This document shows positions 20,997-29,890 of a stretch of DNA of 64,000 nucleotides, piece by piece. The DNA lies in assembly GCA_043812495.1 (NCBI GenBank), contig JBDRMG010000002.1:4890-68889 (forward strand), given 5' to 3'. Each line of letters begins with the position of its first letter. The stretch's first letter is position 1. The notes beneath the pieces are model-generated. The model was not told where the DNA came from. It ran no database searches and saw nothing but the letters and a program-made list of their open reading frames with translations. Origin of the DNA: Candidatus Omnitrophota bacterium (GTDB taxonomy: Bacteria; Omnitrophota; Gorgyraeia; Zapsychrales; JBDRMG01). The position numbers and the translations under genes are program-made.

Positions 20997-21416
20997 TTAT
21001 CGATATGCGAGCGCTTGCATGCGCTTGATCAGTTTTTCTGTTTCAATCGGCTTGGTGATAAATTCGTCCCAGCCCATATTATAATTTTCCATGAGAGAGT
21101 CTTTATAGGCCGTCACCATGATGATGCGCGTGGGATGTACGGGCTTACTCTTTGCGGTTTCTTCAAAAGACCTGATCGATCGAAGAACTTCGAAGCCATC
21201 AGGACCCGGCATGGTGATATCCAGCAGAATAAAATCAAAGGGTTTTTTCTTTTTGATCGCCTTTTGATAAGCCTCAAGGGCCTTTTCGCCCGTCTCAACG
21301 GTTGTGCACACGGCCACAGAGGAAAGAGCCTTCAAGAGTTCGGCGCGCGCTTGGAGGTCATCCTCGGCGAGAAGAACGTTCCATTTGACAGGGTATTTTT
21401 TTGTACGTTCAACCAT
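20997..21416 (-). CDS. Single-domain response regulator
   Basis: LLAEDD, LLDITMPGPDG, MVTA, ITKP. Confidence 0.85.
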   Translation of the reverse strand: MVERTKKYPVKWNVLLAEDDLQARAELLKALSSVAVCTTVETGEKALEAYQKAIKKKKPFDFILLDITMPGPDGFEVLRSIRSFEETAKSKPVHPTRIIMVTAYKDSLMENYNMGWDEFITKPIETEKLIKRMQALAYR

Positions 21417-21594
21417 GATCAACATTAGATTAGCTCTCAAAAAATGCCTTGTCAATATATTCGTCAGCTTTGATGGCCCGTAGTATCGACCGAAAAGATT
21501 GCCCGTTAGCCTTTTTTCTTGTTTGTTGCGCCAATAGGCGCTAAAATAACCATAATGATTTTTACTTATCGGATAAGAAAACGAAAGGAGTGTA

Positions 21595-22080
21595 ATGGCC
21601 GGTTTCTTAGATCGCTTCAGAACGAATGTTGTTTTGAGTGTTTACAAAGAACAATCACCGTCGCCCCAAACGCAAGAGTTGAATGACAAAATTGCCCTTG
21701 GTGTTTTATTATGGGTTGTCGCGGAAGCGGATGAAAAGTTTCTCCCTGAGGAAAAAGACAAAATCAAGGACATCTTAAGTTCTCATGGGCATATGTCCAG
21801 CGATGAAATGTCGATTATTCTTGGTTCCATCGAGCAAGCGGCCAAGGAAAGAATTGATCTGTATCATTTTACGCGCGAAGTCAGTCAAGATCTTCGCTAT
21901 GAGGCCAAAATCATTATTCTTGAAAATCTTTTTAGAGTGGCCTGCGCTGATGGCGATCTTGACCACAATGAAAACGAGCTTATTCGCAAGATTGCCGGTC
22001 TTCTAAGAGTGGATCATAAAGATTTTATTGAAGCCAAGATAAAAATTAAGAAAGAGTCTAATTTACCGACTCTTGAATGA
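21595..22080 (+). CDS. TerB-family protein
   Basis: VAEADEKF..EE, VACADGDLDHNE; AAGGAG RBS. Confidence 0.8.
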   Translation: MAGFLDRFRTNVVLSVYKEQSPSPQTQELNDKIALGVLLWVVAEADEKFLPEEKDKIKDILSSHGHMSSDEMSIILGSIEQAAKERIDLYHFTREVSQDLRYEAKIIILENLFRVACADGDLDHNENELIRKIAGLLRVDHKDFIEAKIKIKKESNLPTLE

Positions 22081-22200
22081 AATATTTTGATTGTATTTGC
22101 TGAAAACTCCCGCACCAATTATAAAATAATTGGTGCGGGAGTCAATTCGCACTTTCAACTTGCGTTCACTATAGTTCCGCAAGTTGTGTGCTCATTGGAA
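22079..22200 (-). repeat. Family A element, copy 3
   Basis: Reverse complement: CCAAT GA GCAC..GTGC GA ATTGAC TCCCGCACCAATTA..TAATTGGTGCGGGAG..AATATTTC. Confidence 0.85.
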
Positions 22201-22211
22201 GGAGGATCATC

Positions 22212-22400
22212 ATGAGGCTGGGTATTTGGGAACTTCTCATTATTTTTGGCGTGATTTTGATTTTATTCGGTGCCAAAAGGCTTCCTGAAATTGGCCAGGC
22301 GCTGGGCAAGGCGATCCGGGAATTTAAAAAAGCAGGCCAGGATCTCGGGGACGATTCCAAAGAAAAAACGAAAGAAGATCACGGTGAAGACAAAGCCTGA
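22212..22400 (+). CDS. tatA: Twin-arginine translocase TatA
   Basis: LGIWELLII..LFGAKRLPEIGQALGKAIREFKK; GGAGG RBS. Confidence 0.93.
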   Translation: MRLGIWELLIIFGVILILFGAKRLPEIGQALGKAIREFKKAGQDLGDDSKEKTKEDHGEDKA

Positions 22401-23103
22401 TCAGCTCACCTTTAGCGAACATTTGGAAGAGTTAAGAGGGCGTCTGATCAAGGTGCTTGTGACTTTGGCCGTTTGTTGCTTTATCGTTGCTTTTTATGTC
22501 GACAAAATACTCACCTTTTTTATTCGACCCATCGGAACTCTTATTTTCACGTCACCCGCCGAAGCGTTCTTGGCCCATATGACTCTGATTTTTGTTGGGG
22601 GTTTTACCCTCAGCGTTCCTATTACACTTTATCAGGGATGGCAATTTATGGTTTGCGGGTTAACAACCAAAGAAAAAAGGTATGCCTTTTTCTTTGTTCC
22701 GCTATCAACAACATTCTTTCTTCTTGGGCTTCTGTTTGGTTATTTTGTCATACTGCCTATCGCCTTAAAATTTTTGTTAGGCTTTTCTAATTCAATGATT
22801 CGACCGATGATTACGATCGGGAATTATGTTTCTTTTGTGTGCGCGATTGTTCTTGTCTTCGGTCTTGTTTTCCAATTTCCCCTGGGGATTCTTTTTCTGA
22901 CAAAACTGGGTCTTGTCCGTCCGTCTTTTCTTATCGAAAAAAGACGCTACGCGATTGTTCTTATATTTATTATCAGTGCTTTATTGACGCCGCCTGATTG
23001 CATCACGCAGCTTCTTATGGCCGGTCCTTTAATACTTTTATATGAACTGAGCATTTTCTTATCAAAAGTCTTCTATCGTTCCAACTTGACTAGAGAAGAT
23101 TGA
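22384..23103 (+). CDS. tatC: Twin-arginine translocase TatC
   Basis: HLEELRGRL, SPAEAF, FQFP, LTPPD; probable GTG start at 22384. Confidence 0.92.
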   Translation: MKTKPDQLTFSEHLEELRGRLIKVLVTLAVCCFIVAFYVDKILTFFIRPIGTLIFTSPAEAFLAHMTLIFVGGFTLSVPITLYQGWQFMVCGLTTKEKRYAFFFVPLSTTFFLLGLLFGYFVILPIALKFLLGFSNSMIRPMITIGNYVSFVCAIVLVFGLVFQFPLGILFLTKLGLVRPSFLIEKRRYAIVLIFIISALLTPPDCITQLLMAGPLILLYELSIFLSKVFYRSNLTRED

Positions 23104-23155
23104 GATATCATCAAACGGATATTAAGAACCATGATCAAGGCTAAGAAAGAAAACG

Positions 23156-25324
23156 ATGAAAAGATTTAATACATTTGAAGGGGTTTTCACGCCAAGCCTC
23201 CTTAGCATCCTCGGCGTTATTATGTATTTGCGCCTTGGATGGGTTATCGGAAGCGTCGGTCTCGGTTGGGCCCTGGTGATTATTTGTCTTGCCAATTTGA
23301 TCACCTTATCAACGGCCTTGTCCTTGTCTTCGATCGTGACCAATATTCGTATCGGGACAGGCGGCGCTTACTCTGTCATTACAAAATCTCTCGGTTTGGA
23401 AATCGGGGGAGCCATCGGTATTCCGCTTTATTTATCTCAGGCGATTTCTGTGGCCTTTTACGTTGTCGGTTTTACGGAATGCTGGCATTCGGTGTTTCCT
23501 TACCATAATTTCTTCGGCGTAAGCCTGATCACCTGGGCGTTGATTCTTATTATTTCTTACACAAGCGCCAAATTGGCATTTCGCATCCAATATGCCATTA
23601 TGGCCCTCATCGGACTCTCGTTGGTATCAATCGTATTGAGCCCTCAGTCTTTTACGCATAATCCTGTGATTTGGCCGTCGTTTCAGGCCGGAAATTTCTG
23701 GATGGTGTTTGCTATTTTCTTTCCGGCGGTCACGGGTTTTCTAGCTGGAGCCACAATGTCCGGTGAATTAAATGATGCCAGGCGCAGCATTCCCCGCGGA
23801 ACTTTAAGCGCTGTATTGGTCGGATTCGTCATTTATATCGGCTTAGCCATTTGGCTTAGCCGGCATGTATCCGCAAACGATCTTGCGGCCAACAAATCTA
23901 TTCTGATTGATCTTGGCCGGTGGAAATGGGCCATCATCGCAGGCATCATGGGAGCGACGTTGTCTTCGGCCATCAGCATGTTTGTCGCATCCCCTCGGAC
24001 GCTTTTGGCTCTGGGTAAGCATAAAACCGTTCCTTTGTCATCGTCCATGGCACGGATGAATAAAAAAGGCGAACCGACAACAGCCATTCTTTTTACCGCA
24101 TTGTTATCTCTGATTACTTTGCTTTTTGGTACTCTGGATAATGTCGCTGGTTTGCTAACGATGTTTTTCTTAATTACCTATGGCATGATTAATCTCTCCG
24201 TTTTTATCGAACAGAGCATCGGATTGGTGAGTTTCCGTCCGAGTTTCCGGATTCCACAATTAATTTCATTTTTAGGCAGCGCTGGTTGCTTTGTTTTGAT
24301 GTTTTTTATCAATGCGAAATTCAGCCTCATTGCGATCCTGACGATCGTCTTGATCTTCTGGTATTTGGTCAAAAGAGAAATGAAGACCTACTCACCGGAT
24401 GTGCGCAGCGGTCTTTTGGTTTTTGGAGCGGAACAATTGGCCAAAATGGCCGCTGGCCTTCCGTATCATCCTAAAATCTGGAAACCCAATGTCCTTGTTT
24501 CCATTAAGGAGTCGGACGATCTTCCCGAGATCATGAAATTCTTAAAATCCGTTGTTCTGCCCAACGGCCGCATTCTGGCTTTTCAAATTATAGAGAAAGC
24601 AAAACGAGAAAAGATGTTTTCGATGGGAGTTTCTTCGCCAAAGGAAAGAGAAAAGGCGAAGATCGAGCGAGAGAAGATCGCAGCCCGATTAACTTCCATC
24701 ACTCAGCCGTTAAAGGATGAAGGATTGTTTGTAGCCAATATGGTCATCGAGTCAGCGGATTTTATCACGGGAACCAAAGCAGTTATTCAGTCTCTCAGAG
24801 GAACTTTCTTCCCGCCCAATACGCTTTTTCTGACATTGACAGAAGACCGAAAGCAGGATAACATGGTTGAGCATGTTGTTCGGGATGCCGAAGATGAAGG
24901 GTTAGGGATTATTATTCTCTTAAGACATCCTGCGGTCGGTTTTGGACGCCAGAAGGTGGTTAATTTATGGATCAGGCGACAAAGTCCTAATCTGGATTTG
25001 TCTATTCTCATCGCTCTTCAGCTTGAGAAAAATTGGGATGGCTATACACGGATTATTCAAATCGTGGACAATGAGCAAGAAAAGCTCGAAGCGATGTCCT
25101 ATCTGGATCATCTTAAGGAGTTGATGCGCATGTCCGGGGATACCCAGATCAAAGTCATGGTCGGTAATTTCAAGGAGATTCTCGGCCAGGTCCCCCCAGC
25201 CGATATGAATATTTTCGGCATGCCCCTAGAGCCCGATATGGCCATGATTCGCGAGATTTCCTCAAAAATTCAAACGTCCGTACTTTTCTTAAGAGATTCC
25301 GAGCACGAAAAGGCTACAGCCTGA
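23156..25324 (+). CDS. Cation-chloride cotransporter (SLC12)-like APC permease
   Basis: GVFTPSLLSILGVIMYLRLGW, FAIFFPAVTG, SFRPSF, WKPN; cytosolic C-terminal domain. Confidence 0.85.
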   Translation: MKRFNTFEGVFTPSLLSILGVIMYLRLGWVIGSVGLGWALVIICLANLITLSTALSLSSIVTNIRIGTGGAYSVITKSLGLEIGGAIGIPLYLSQAISVAFYVVGFTECWHSVFPYHNFFGVSLITWALILIISYTSAKLAFRIQYAIMALIGLSLVSIVLSPQSFTHNPVIWPSFQAGNFWMVFAIFFPAVTGFLAGATMSGELNDARRSIPRGTLSAVLVGFVIYIGLAIWLSRHVSANDLAANKSILIDLGRWKWAIIAGIMGATLSSAISMFVASPRTLLALGKHKTVPLSSSMARMNKKGEPTTAILFTALLSLITLLFGTLDNVAGLLTMFFLITYGMINLSVFIEQSIGLVSFRPSFRIPQLISFLGSAGCFVLMFFINAKFSLIAILTIVLIFWYLVKREMKTYSPDVRSGLLVFGAEQLAKMAAGLPYHPKIWKPNVLVSIKESDDLPEIMKFLKSVVLPNGRILAFQIIEKAKREKMFSMGVSSPKEREKAKIEREKIAARLTSITQPLKDEGLFVANMVIESADFITGTKAVIQSLRGTFFPPNTLFLTLTEDRKQDNMVEHVVRDAEDEGLGIIILLRHPAVGFGRQKVVNLWIRRQSPNLDLSILIALQLEKNWDGYTRIIQIVDNEQEKLEAMSYLDHLKELMRMSGDTQIKVMVGNFKEILGQVPPADMNIFGMPLEPDMAMIREISSKIQTSVLFLRDSEHEKATA

Positions 25325-25448
25325 CCGCAGAAACCCTCTCTAAGAGCCCTCTGATTTTGAATTAGCAATTTTTCTGTTGCATTTATTATTTTTTTGACTA
25401 CAATAAAGCATTAATTATAGTGGTTGGGTCAATTTCAAAGGAGGGTCC

Positions 25449-25679
25449 ATGAAGATCGCAGAGCTCAAATGGTTGTTAAAAGACAAGCGCGTCCAAGAGG
25501 AGATCAATAAACACCTTTGGATTGAAAGTCAAAAAGCAGGGTATGATATTGGCATTGCCCGTGCCACCGATGAATGGCTCAAGCTTTATGCCGAGGGATG
25601 GATGAAATATCATACACCCGAGAAGTTGAAGAGCAAAGAGACTTCAGCCAAGAAAGTTAAAGTCAAAGCCAAGAAATAA
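25449..25679 (+). CDS. Small DUF4032-like protein
   Basis: EEINKHLWIESQKAGYDIG..A..EW; GGAGG RBS; TTGACT-16-TATAGT at 25394-25421. Confidence 0.65.
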   Translation: MKIAELKWLLKDKRVQEEINKHLWIESQKAGYDIGIARATDEWLKLYAEGWMKYHTPEKLKSKETSAKKVKVKAKK

Positions 25680-25696
25680 AACCTCAAGAAAAAAAT

Positions 25697-25726
25697 AAAA
25701 TGGACAGGTCGCGACCTGTCCATTTT
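25697..25726. terminator. Perfect palindrome, probable bidirectional terminator (REP-like core)
   Basis: AAAATGGACAGGTCGCGACCTGTCCATTTT. Confidence 0.7.
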
Positions 25727-25742
25727 TTTATTAGGTTAATAG

Positions 25743-25772
25743 AAAACCCTCTAAGAATTCTTAGAGGGTTTT
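25743..25772. terminator. Perfect palindrome, probable terminator for the minus-strand peptide
   Basis: AAAACCCTCTAAGAATTCTTAGAGGGTTTT. Confidence 0.6.
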
Positions 25773-25795
25773 CCTTATGATATATTTAACTCAAG

Positions 25796-25840
25796 TTATT
25801 TCTTCTTCTTCTTTGCTACTTTTTTCTTTTTCTTTACCAT
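25796..25840 (-). CDS. 14-aa lysine-rich peptide MVKKKKKVAKKKKK
   Basis: Strong RBS (GAAAGGGGTGAGCAGG-ATG), upstream TTGCAT-16-TAAGAT, downstream hairpin. Confidence 0.55.
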   Translation of the reverse strand: MVKKKKKVAKKKKK

Positions 25841-26013
25841 CCTGCTCACCCCTTTCTTATAAAATTTTTATAAGAATTTAATTACCTTATTTTTATCTTA
25901 ACACACATGATGTGAGATGCAAAAGTTATTTTAAATATTTTTAAAGGAAAATTATTTCACTAAAACCTTTTTCTTGTTTCGCGAAAAACACAGAGGTACA
26001 ATGGTCAACGAAG

Positions 26014-27138
26014 ATGAAATCAAAAGCCATAAAAACAAAGTCCCTCTACATCCATATTCCTTTCTGCAAAAAGAAATGTTATTTCTGTTCTTTTGTCATT
26101 TCCGTAGGCAGCGAACATTATGCGGATGACTACCTCGCATGCCTTAACAAAGAGGCACAGCGTTATCGGGGCGAGCGCATTGCAACCCTTTACATCGGAG
26201 GAGGCACGCCCAGCCGTCTTCAGCCCAATCAATTAAAACAAATGATTGATTTCATCAAACATAATTTCAAATTCTCGCGCCGATGCGAATTTACAATAGA
26301 AGTTAATCCCGACGATATTGACGTTGATAAGGCTCGGTGCATCAAGGATCTCGGCATCAATCGTGTTAGTTTAGGCGCGCAATCGTTTAACCAAAGCACT
26401 CTCAAATACCTGGGAAGAACGCATAGCTCAAGCGATAACGAAAGGGCCTTTCGTATCTTGCGTAAGGTTGGTTTTCGCAATATTAATCTGGATCTCATTT
26501 ACGGTTTTCCTCATCAAACGCCAGAAGAAATAAAAAATGACGTGCGCCGTTTGACCGAACTTGAAAGCGAACACGTTTCCCTTTATACGCTCACCATAGA
26601 AGAAAAAAGCAGATTTCATATCAAGAAGATACAGTTGCCCAGTCAAGAAATACAAGCGAAGCAATATGTTCTTGTGAAAAAACTTCTTCAAGAAGCCCAT
26701 TTTCATCAATACGAAGTGAGCAACTTTGCTAAGAAAGGAAAAGAATCCAAACACAATCTCATTTATTGGAGCGGCGGAAATTATATTGGTCTTGGTGTTG
26801 GCGCTCATTCTCATTTGGATGGCCGACGATTCTGGAATGTTTCCGGTCTTCATCCTTATATGCGATTGGTGAAGAACGATCAGCAACCCCTGGAAGGTCA
26901 AGAACGGTTAACATCCTACGAACAGTTTCTGGAGTGTCTGTGTTTCGGGTTGCGCATGAACAAGGGAGTGGACCTTTTATCTCTTGAGAAGCGTTTCCAT
27001 TGCGTCTTGGATAAGAAACGAAGAGAGCTGGTCGATCATCTCACTACAAGTCAATACCTCAGAAAGGAAAGACATCATCTGAAAGCGACAAACAGAGGAC
27101 AGCTTGTTTTAGATGAGATATGCGCGCGATTGATTTAA
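26014..27138 (+). CDS. hemW: Radical SAM heme chaperone HemW
   Basis: YIHIPFCKKKCYFC, GGGTPS, YEVSNF, HNLIYW. Confidence 0.9.
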   Translation: MKSKAIKTKSLYIHIPFCKKKCYFCSFVISVGSEHYADDYLACLNKEAQRYRGERIATLYIGGGTPSRLQPNQLKQMIDFIKHNFKFSRRCEFTIEVNPDDIDVDKARCIKDLGINRVSLGAQSFNQSTLKYLGRTHSSSDNERAFRILRKVGFRNINLDLIYGFPHQTPEEIKNDVRRLTELESEHVSLYTLTIEEKSRFHIKKIQLPSQEIQAKQYVLVKKLLQEAHFHQYEVSNFAKKGKESKHNLIYWSGGNYIGLGVGAHSHLDGRRFWNVSGLHPYMRLVKNDQQPLEGQERLTSYEQFLECLCFGLRMNKGVDLLSLEKRFHCVLDKKRRELVDHLTTSQYLRKERHHLKATNRGQLVLDEICARLI

Positions 27139-27164
27139 AAAAAGACACTACGCGGGATTTTTCT

Positions 27165-27255
27165 GGGCCATTCTTAATGAGGGTGAAAGATTTGTCCCAA
27201 CTTATTGAAAAAGAAGAAAATAATGAAATCTAGAGAATGGCCCTGAGGTTCTTTC
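27165..27255 (+). repeat. Family B element, copy 1 (empty second module)
   Basis: GGGCCATT..ATGGCCCTGA-GGTTCTTTC; arm starts 72 nt apart. Confidence 0.7.
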
Positions 27256-27759
27256 ATGCACCCTAAATAAGAAAGAACCATTTTTATCCTTTGGAATGAA
27301 AATCTGATGACATTCATTGCAGAAATATTGCTTGCTCCAGACGCCGGCAATCTTTTTGTATTTGGCGATATCTTTTGTGAACTTGCGTACAATGAGCCTC
27401 AACGTTAAAAAAAAGTGAATACCAATAAAAAATGTTAATCCCAAGGAAATAAGAAAGTACGTTTTCTCTCCCAAACGCCCGATAATCAGTGATCCCACGG
27501 AAAGCCAGGACAATAAAAGCGCCATCGAGACAATGATTCCCGCCGGCAAACTGGTTTTGGGTTCTTCCGGAGGCGTCAGTTTCTTAAGAAGCCTTTGCTT
27601 TTGCCGTTCACTTAGACCTTGCGTTTTATCAGCGATCGAATTCTCGTTAAATAATTTCCGACCCGCGCCTTTGGATTTTAATGTTTAGTGCACATAGGCG
27701 GTTGAATCGATATCATTGCCTTGACAATAGGGATATTCTAGTTCTCTATCAAACCTCAT
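27202..27759 (-). pseudogene. Membrane/zinc-ribbon-like protein interrupted by an in-frame TAA
   Basis: ATG 27759 MRFDRELEYPYCQG..AYVH*TLKSK..PPEEPK..two TM..CNECH; stop at 27685-27687 in frame with ORF 27202-27549. Confidence 0.6.
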
Positions 27760-27784
27760 GTTCTCTTTATTCGTTGTTCGTAAT

Positions 27785-28903
27785 TTATAATGAGATATTA
27801 TTGGCTTGTGCGATGATTTTGCTTTTTACGAATAAGACGTTGAGAGAATCGTTGATCATTGCGCGGTATTCTTTTTTCATGGAAAGCGAAGGAAAGATGT
27901 GATGCGCTTTCTTGAGTAAGCCGGTCATTTTGCGTAAACTATAAGACAGACTTCCCGACTGAATCAATATCTTCCGTATCGCCATAAGATCGGCATAGGT
28001 TTTTTTGTTTTTCTCAAAATAATAAAGGAATTGTTTTTTTTGGCGGCCCTTCAAGTGTTCGTAAGCATGACAGGTCAGAATCGTTTTCTTTGACTCCGCT
28101 AAGTCGCTCAGGATAGATTTTCCGATATTCTTTTGAGAATCGAAAATACCTAAAATATCATCCTGGATTTGAAAGGCTTGACCAAGATAACTTCCGAAGC
28201 GTGACAGGCGTTGAGTTTCTCTTTGAGAGGCGCCGGCAAGAATTGCCCCCACCACAAGAGGGCATTCAAAAGTATAACGCGCGGTTTTCAGCCGATACGT
28301 CAGAAGAACGTCTTTTTGTGAAACATTCTGGATTTTCTTAACACCCTGCAAGACATCGATAAATTCTCCGATGGCCGTAAAAGCGGCTGTCCGGATAAAA
28401 TATTTCAACGCTTTTTCTTTGCGCAAGGGGTCTTCCCGGATGGATAGAAAGGCATCGATGGCTAAAGAATAAAGGATGTCGCCTGTGACAATGCTTAAAT
28501 CATAGCCGAGTTTATCCTGTTCTTTTGTCTTGGCGGCTTTGCGCAAAAGCCGGTGCATGGTCGGCTGACCTCGCCGCAAGTCCGATCGGTCGATGATGTC
28601 ATCGTGGACGAGCATGAAAATATGCAAAAGCTCCATGCAGGTGGAGGCATCATAAAGACTTCGAGAGGGACCATTCTTTTTATGTTTATACCCTTGATAG
28701 CTTAGAATGAGAAGGAGAGGACGAATCCGTTTTCCTTTTCGCAAGGCATAGTCCTTGATGCTTTCATAAAGGATAGGATCCACTTGATGCAAATAATAAT
28801 CATGGCGAATTTTATTGAGGAATTTCTCAAGATGCTGGTCAATGTGTTTAATGATCGTTTTGAGCACAGCCACTATCGTAACATAGCCTGGCCCGGTGTT
28901 CAA
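27785..28903 (-). CDS. Polyprenyl (GGPP-type) synthetase
   Basis: GKRIRP, LVHDDIID..RRG, KTARY, FQIQDD; start uncertain. Confidence 0.9.
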   Translation of the reverse strand: MNTGPGYVTIVAVLKTIIKHIDQHLEKFLNKIRHDYYLHQVDPILYESIKDYALRKGKRIRPLLLILSYQGYKHKKNGPSRSLYDASTCMELLHIFMLVHDDIIDRSDLRRGQPTMHRLLRKAAKTKEQDKLGYDLSIVTGDILYSLAIDAFLSIREDPLRKEKALKYFIRTAAFTAIGEFIDVLQGVKKIQNVSQKDVLLTYRLKTARYTFECPLVVGAILAGASQRETQRLSRFGSYLGQAFQIQDDILGIFDSQKNIGKSILSDLAESKKTILTCHAYEHLKGRQKKQFLYYFEKNKKTYADLMAIRKILIQSGSLSYSLRKMTGLLKKAHHIFPSLSMKKEYRAMINDSLNVLFVKSKIIAQANNISL

Positions 28904-28970
28904 CTTTCATTTCATAACCCGAAGGCAAGAAAGAGGAAAAATGATGGTATTTTCATAGAAGTGATATTAA

Positions 28971-29119
28971 ACTTAAATGAGGAGTCGGGGTGTTTTCCCC
29001 GACTCCTCATCCCGAGGAACGAAGTGACGAGGGATCTCATGAGATCCTTCAGCCCTTTGGGCTTCAGGATGACCAGTCGGAGGAGCACGGCAGAAAACTC
29101 CCCGACTGGTCACTTAAAT
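28971..29119. repeat. Cluster of three abutting palindromes bracketed by an ACTTAAAT direct repeat
   Basis: ATGAGGAGTCGGGG/CCCCGACTCCTCAT; TCATCCCGAG..GATCTCATGAGATC..TTCAGGATGA; TGACCAGTCGG/CCGACTGGTCA. Confidence 0.7.
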
Positions 29120-29181
29120 AGAGAAGGTAAAAAGTTAATTCTTCAAAGTTCGAAAGTCAAAGTAACGGAAAGAAGGAAGTC

Positions 29182-29871
29182 ATGAGAAAAATAATCTTAG
29201 GCCTAGGGATTCTCTTCTTGGCCTGCCCCTTTGTTTTTGGTGATACGGTTTATTTGAAGAACGGAAGAAAACTTGAGGGAACAATCACTCAAAAAACAGA
29301 AACCGCTGTGAAAATCAATGTCCGCGGAATCGACCTGACCTATTATCAAGATGAAATCGAGAGAATAGAGCAAAGCGCGGCTTCCGCACCGATCGAACCA
29401 AAACCTTTCACGTCTTATCCTTCAGGCTTAAAGGATTCTCGTCCGCAAGATTTTGGATCCCCTCAGCCCCTTGTTCCCTTAGAGAGCAAGGGCCTTCAAC
29501 CGTTTTCTTCCGGCGACCAGGCCGAATCTCAGGTGAGAAAAAAAGGATTGGTCCTGGAACTCATTGAAGCCAGCGGAACACGGGACGGCCTCAATAGCAT
29601 GCTCTCTGAAATCATGGCTCAGGCTAATGAAGAAGAGAAAGCGATGCTGCGGCAAGTCATCGATATTAACGAAATTCTTTTGGCGGTGGTGCCGGTCTAC
29701 GAAAAATACTTTTCACAGGACGAATTGGAAACCATTGTCCAGTTTTATAAAAGCTCGGCGGGAAAAAAGTTTATGCAGTTCGCTCCTCAGATTATGGAAG
29801 AGAGCGCCAATAAGGTCACAGAGCACATTCAGAACAAAGTCGGTGCTTTAATCCCCGAAACGACGCCCTAA
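29182..29871 (+). CDS. Exported protein with C-terminal DUF2059-like domain
   Basis: Signal peptide, DTVYLKNG..LEG, YEKYFSQDEL..FYKSSAGKK. Confidence 0.7.
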   Translation: MRKIILGLGILFLACPFVFGDTVYLKNGRKLEGTITQKTETAVKINVRGIDLTYYQDEIERIEQSAASAPIEPKPFTSYPSGLKDSRPQDFGSPQPLVPLESKGLQPFSSGDQAESQVRKKGLVLELIEASGTRDGLNSMLSEIMAQANEEEKAMLRQVIDINEILLAVVPVYEKYFSQDELETIVQFYKSSAGKKFMQFAPQIMEESANKVTEHIQNKVGALIPETTP

Positions 29872-29890
29872 GCGGAATCAAATTACCATC

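Noticed and set aside
22270-22383. Long N-terminal extension of TatC overlapping tatA
   Set aside because: TatC homology starts near GTG 22384; the extension is an ORF-calling artefact.
28784-29185. 133-aa ORF across the divergent intergenic region
   Set aside because: Overlaps the polyprenyl synthetase antisense and the palindrome block; no motifs.
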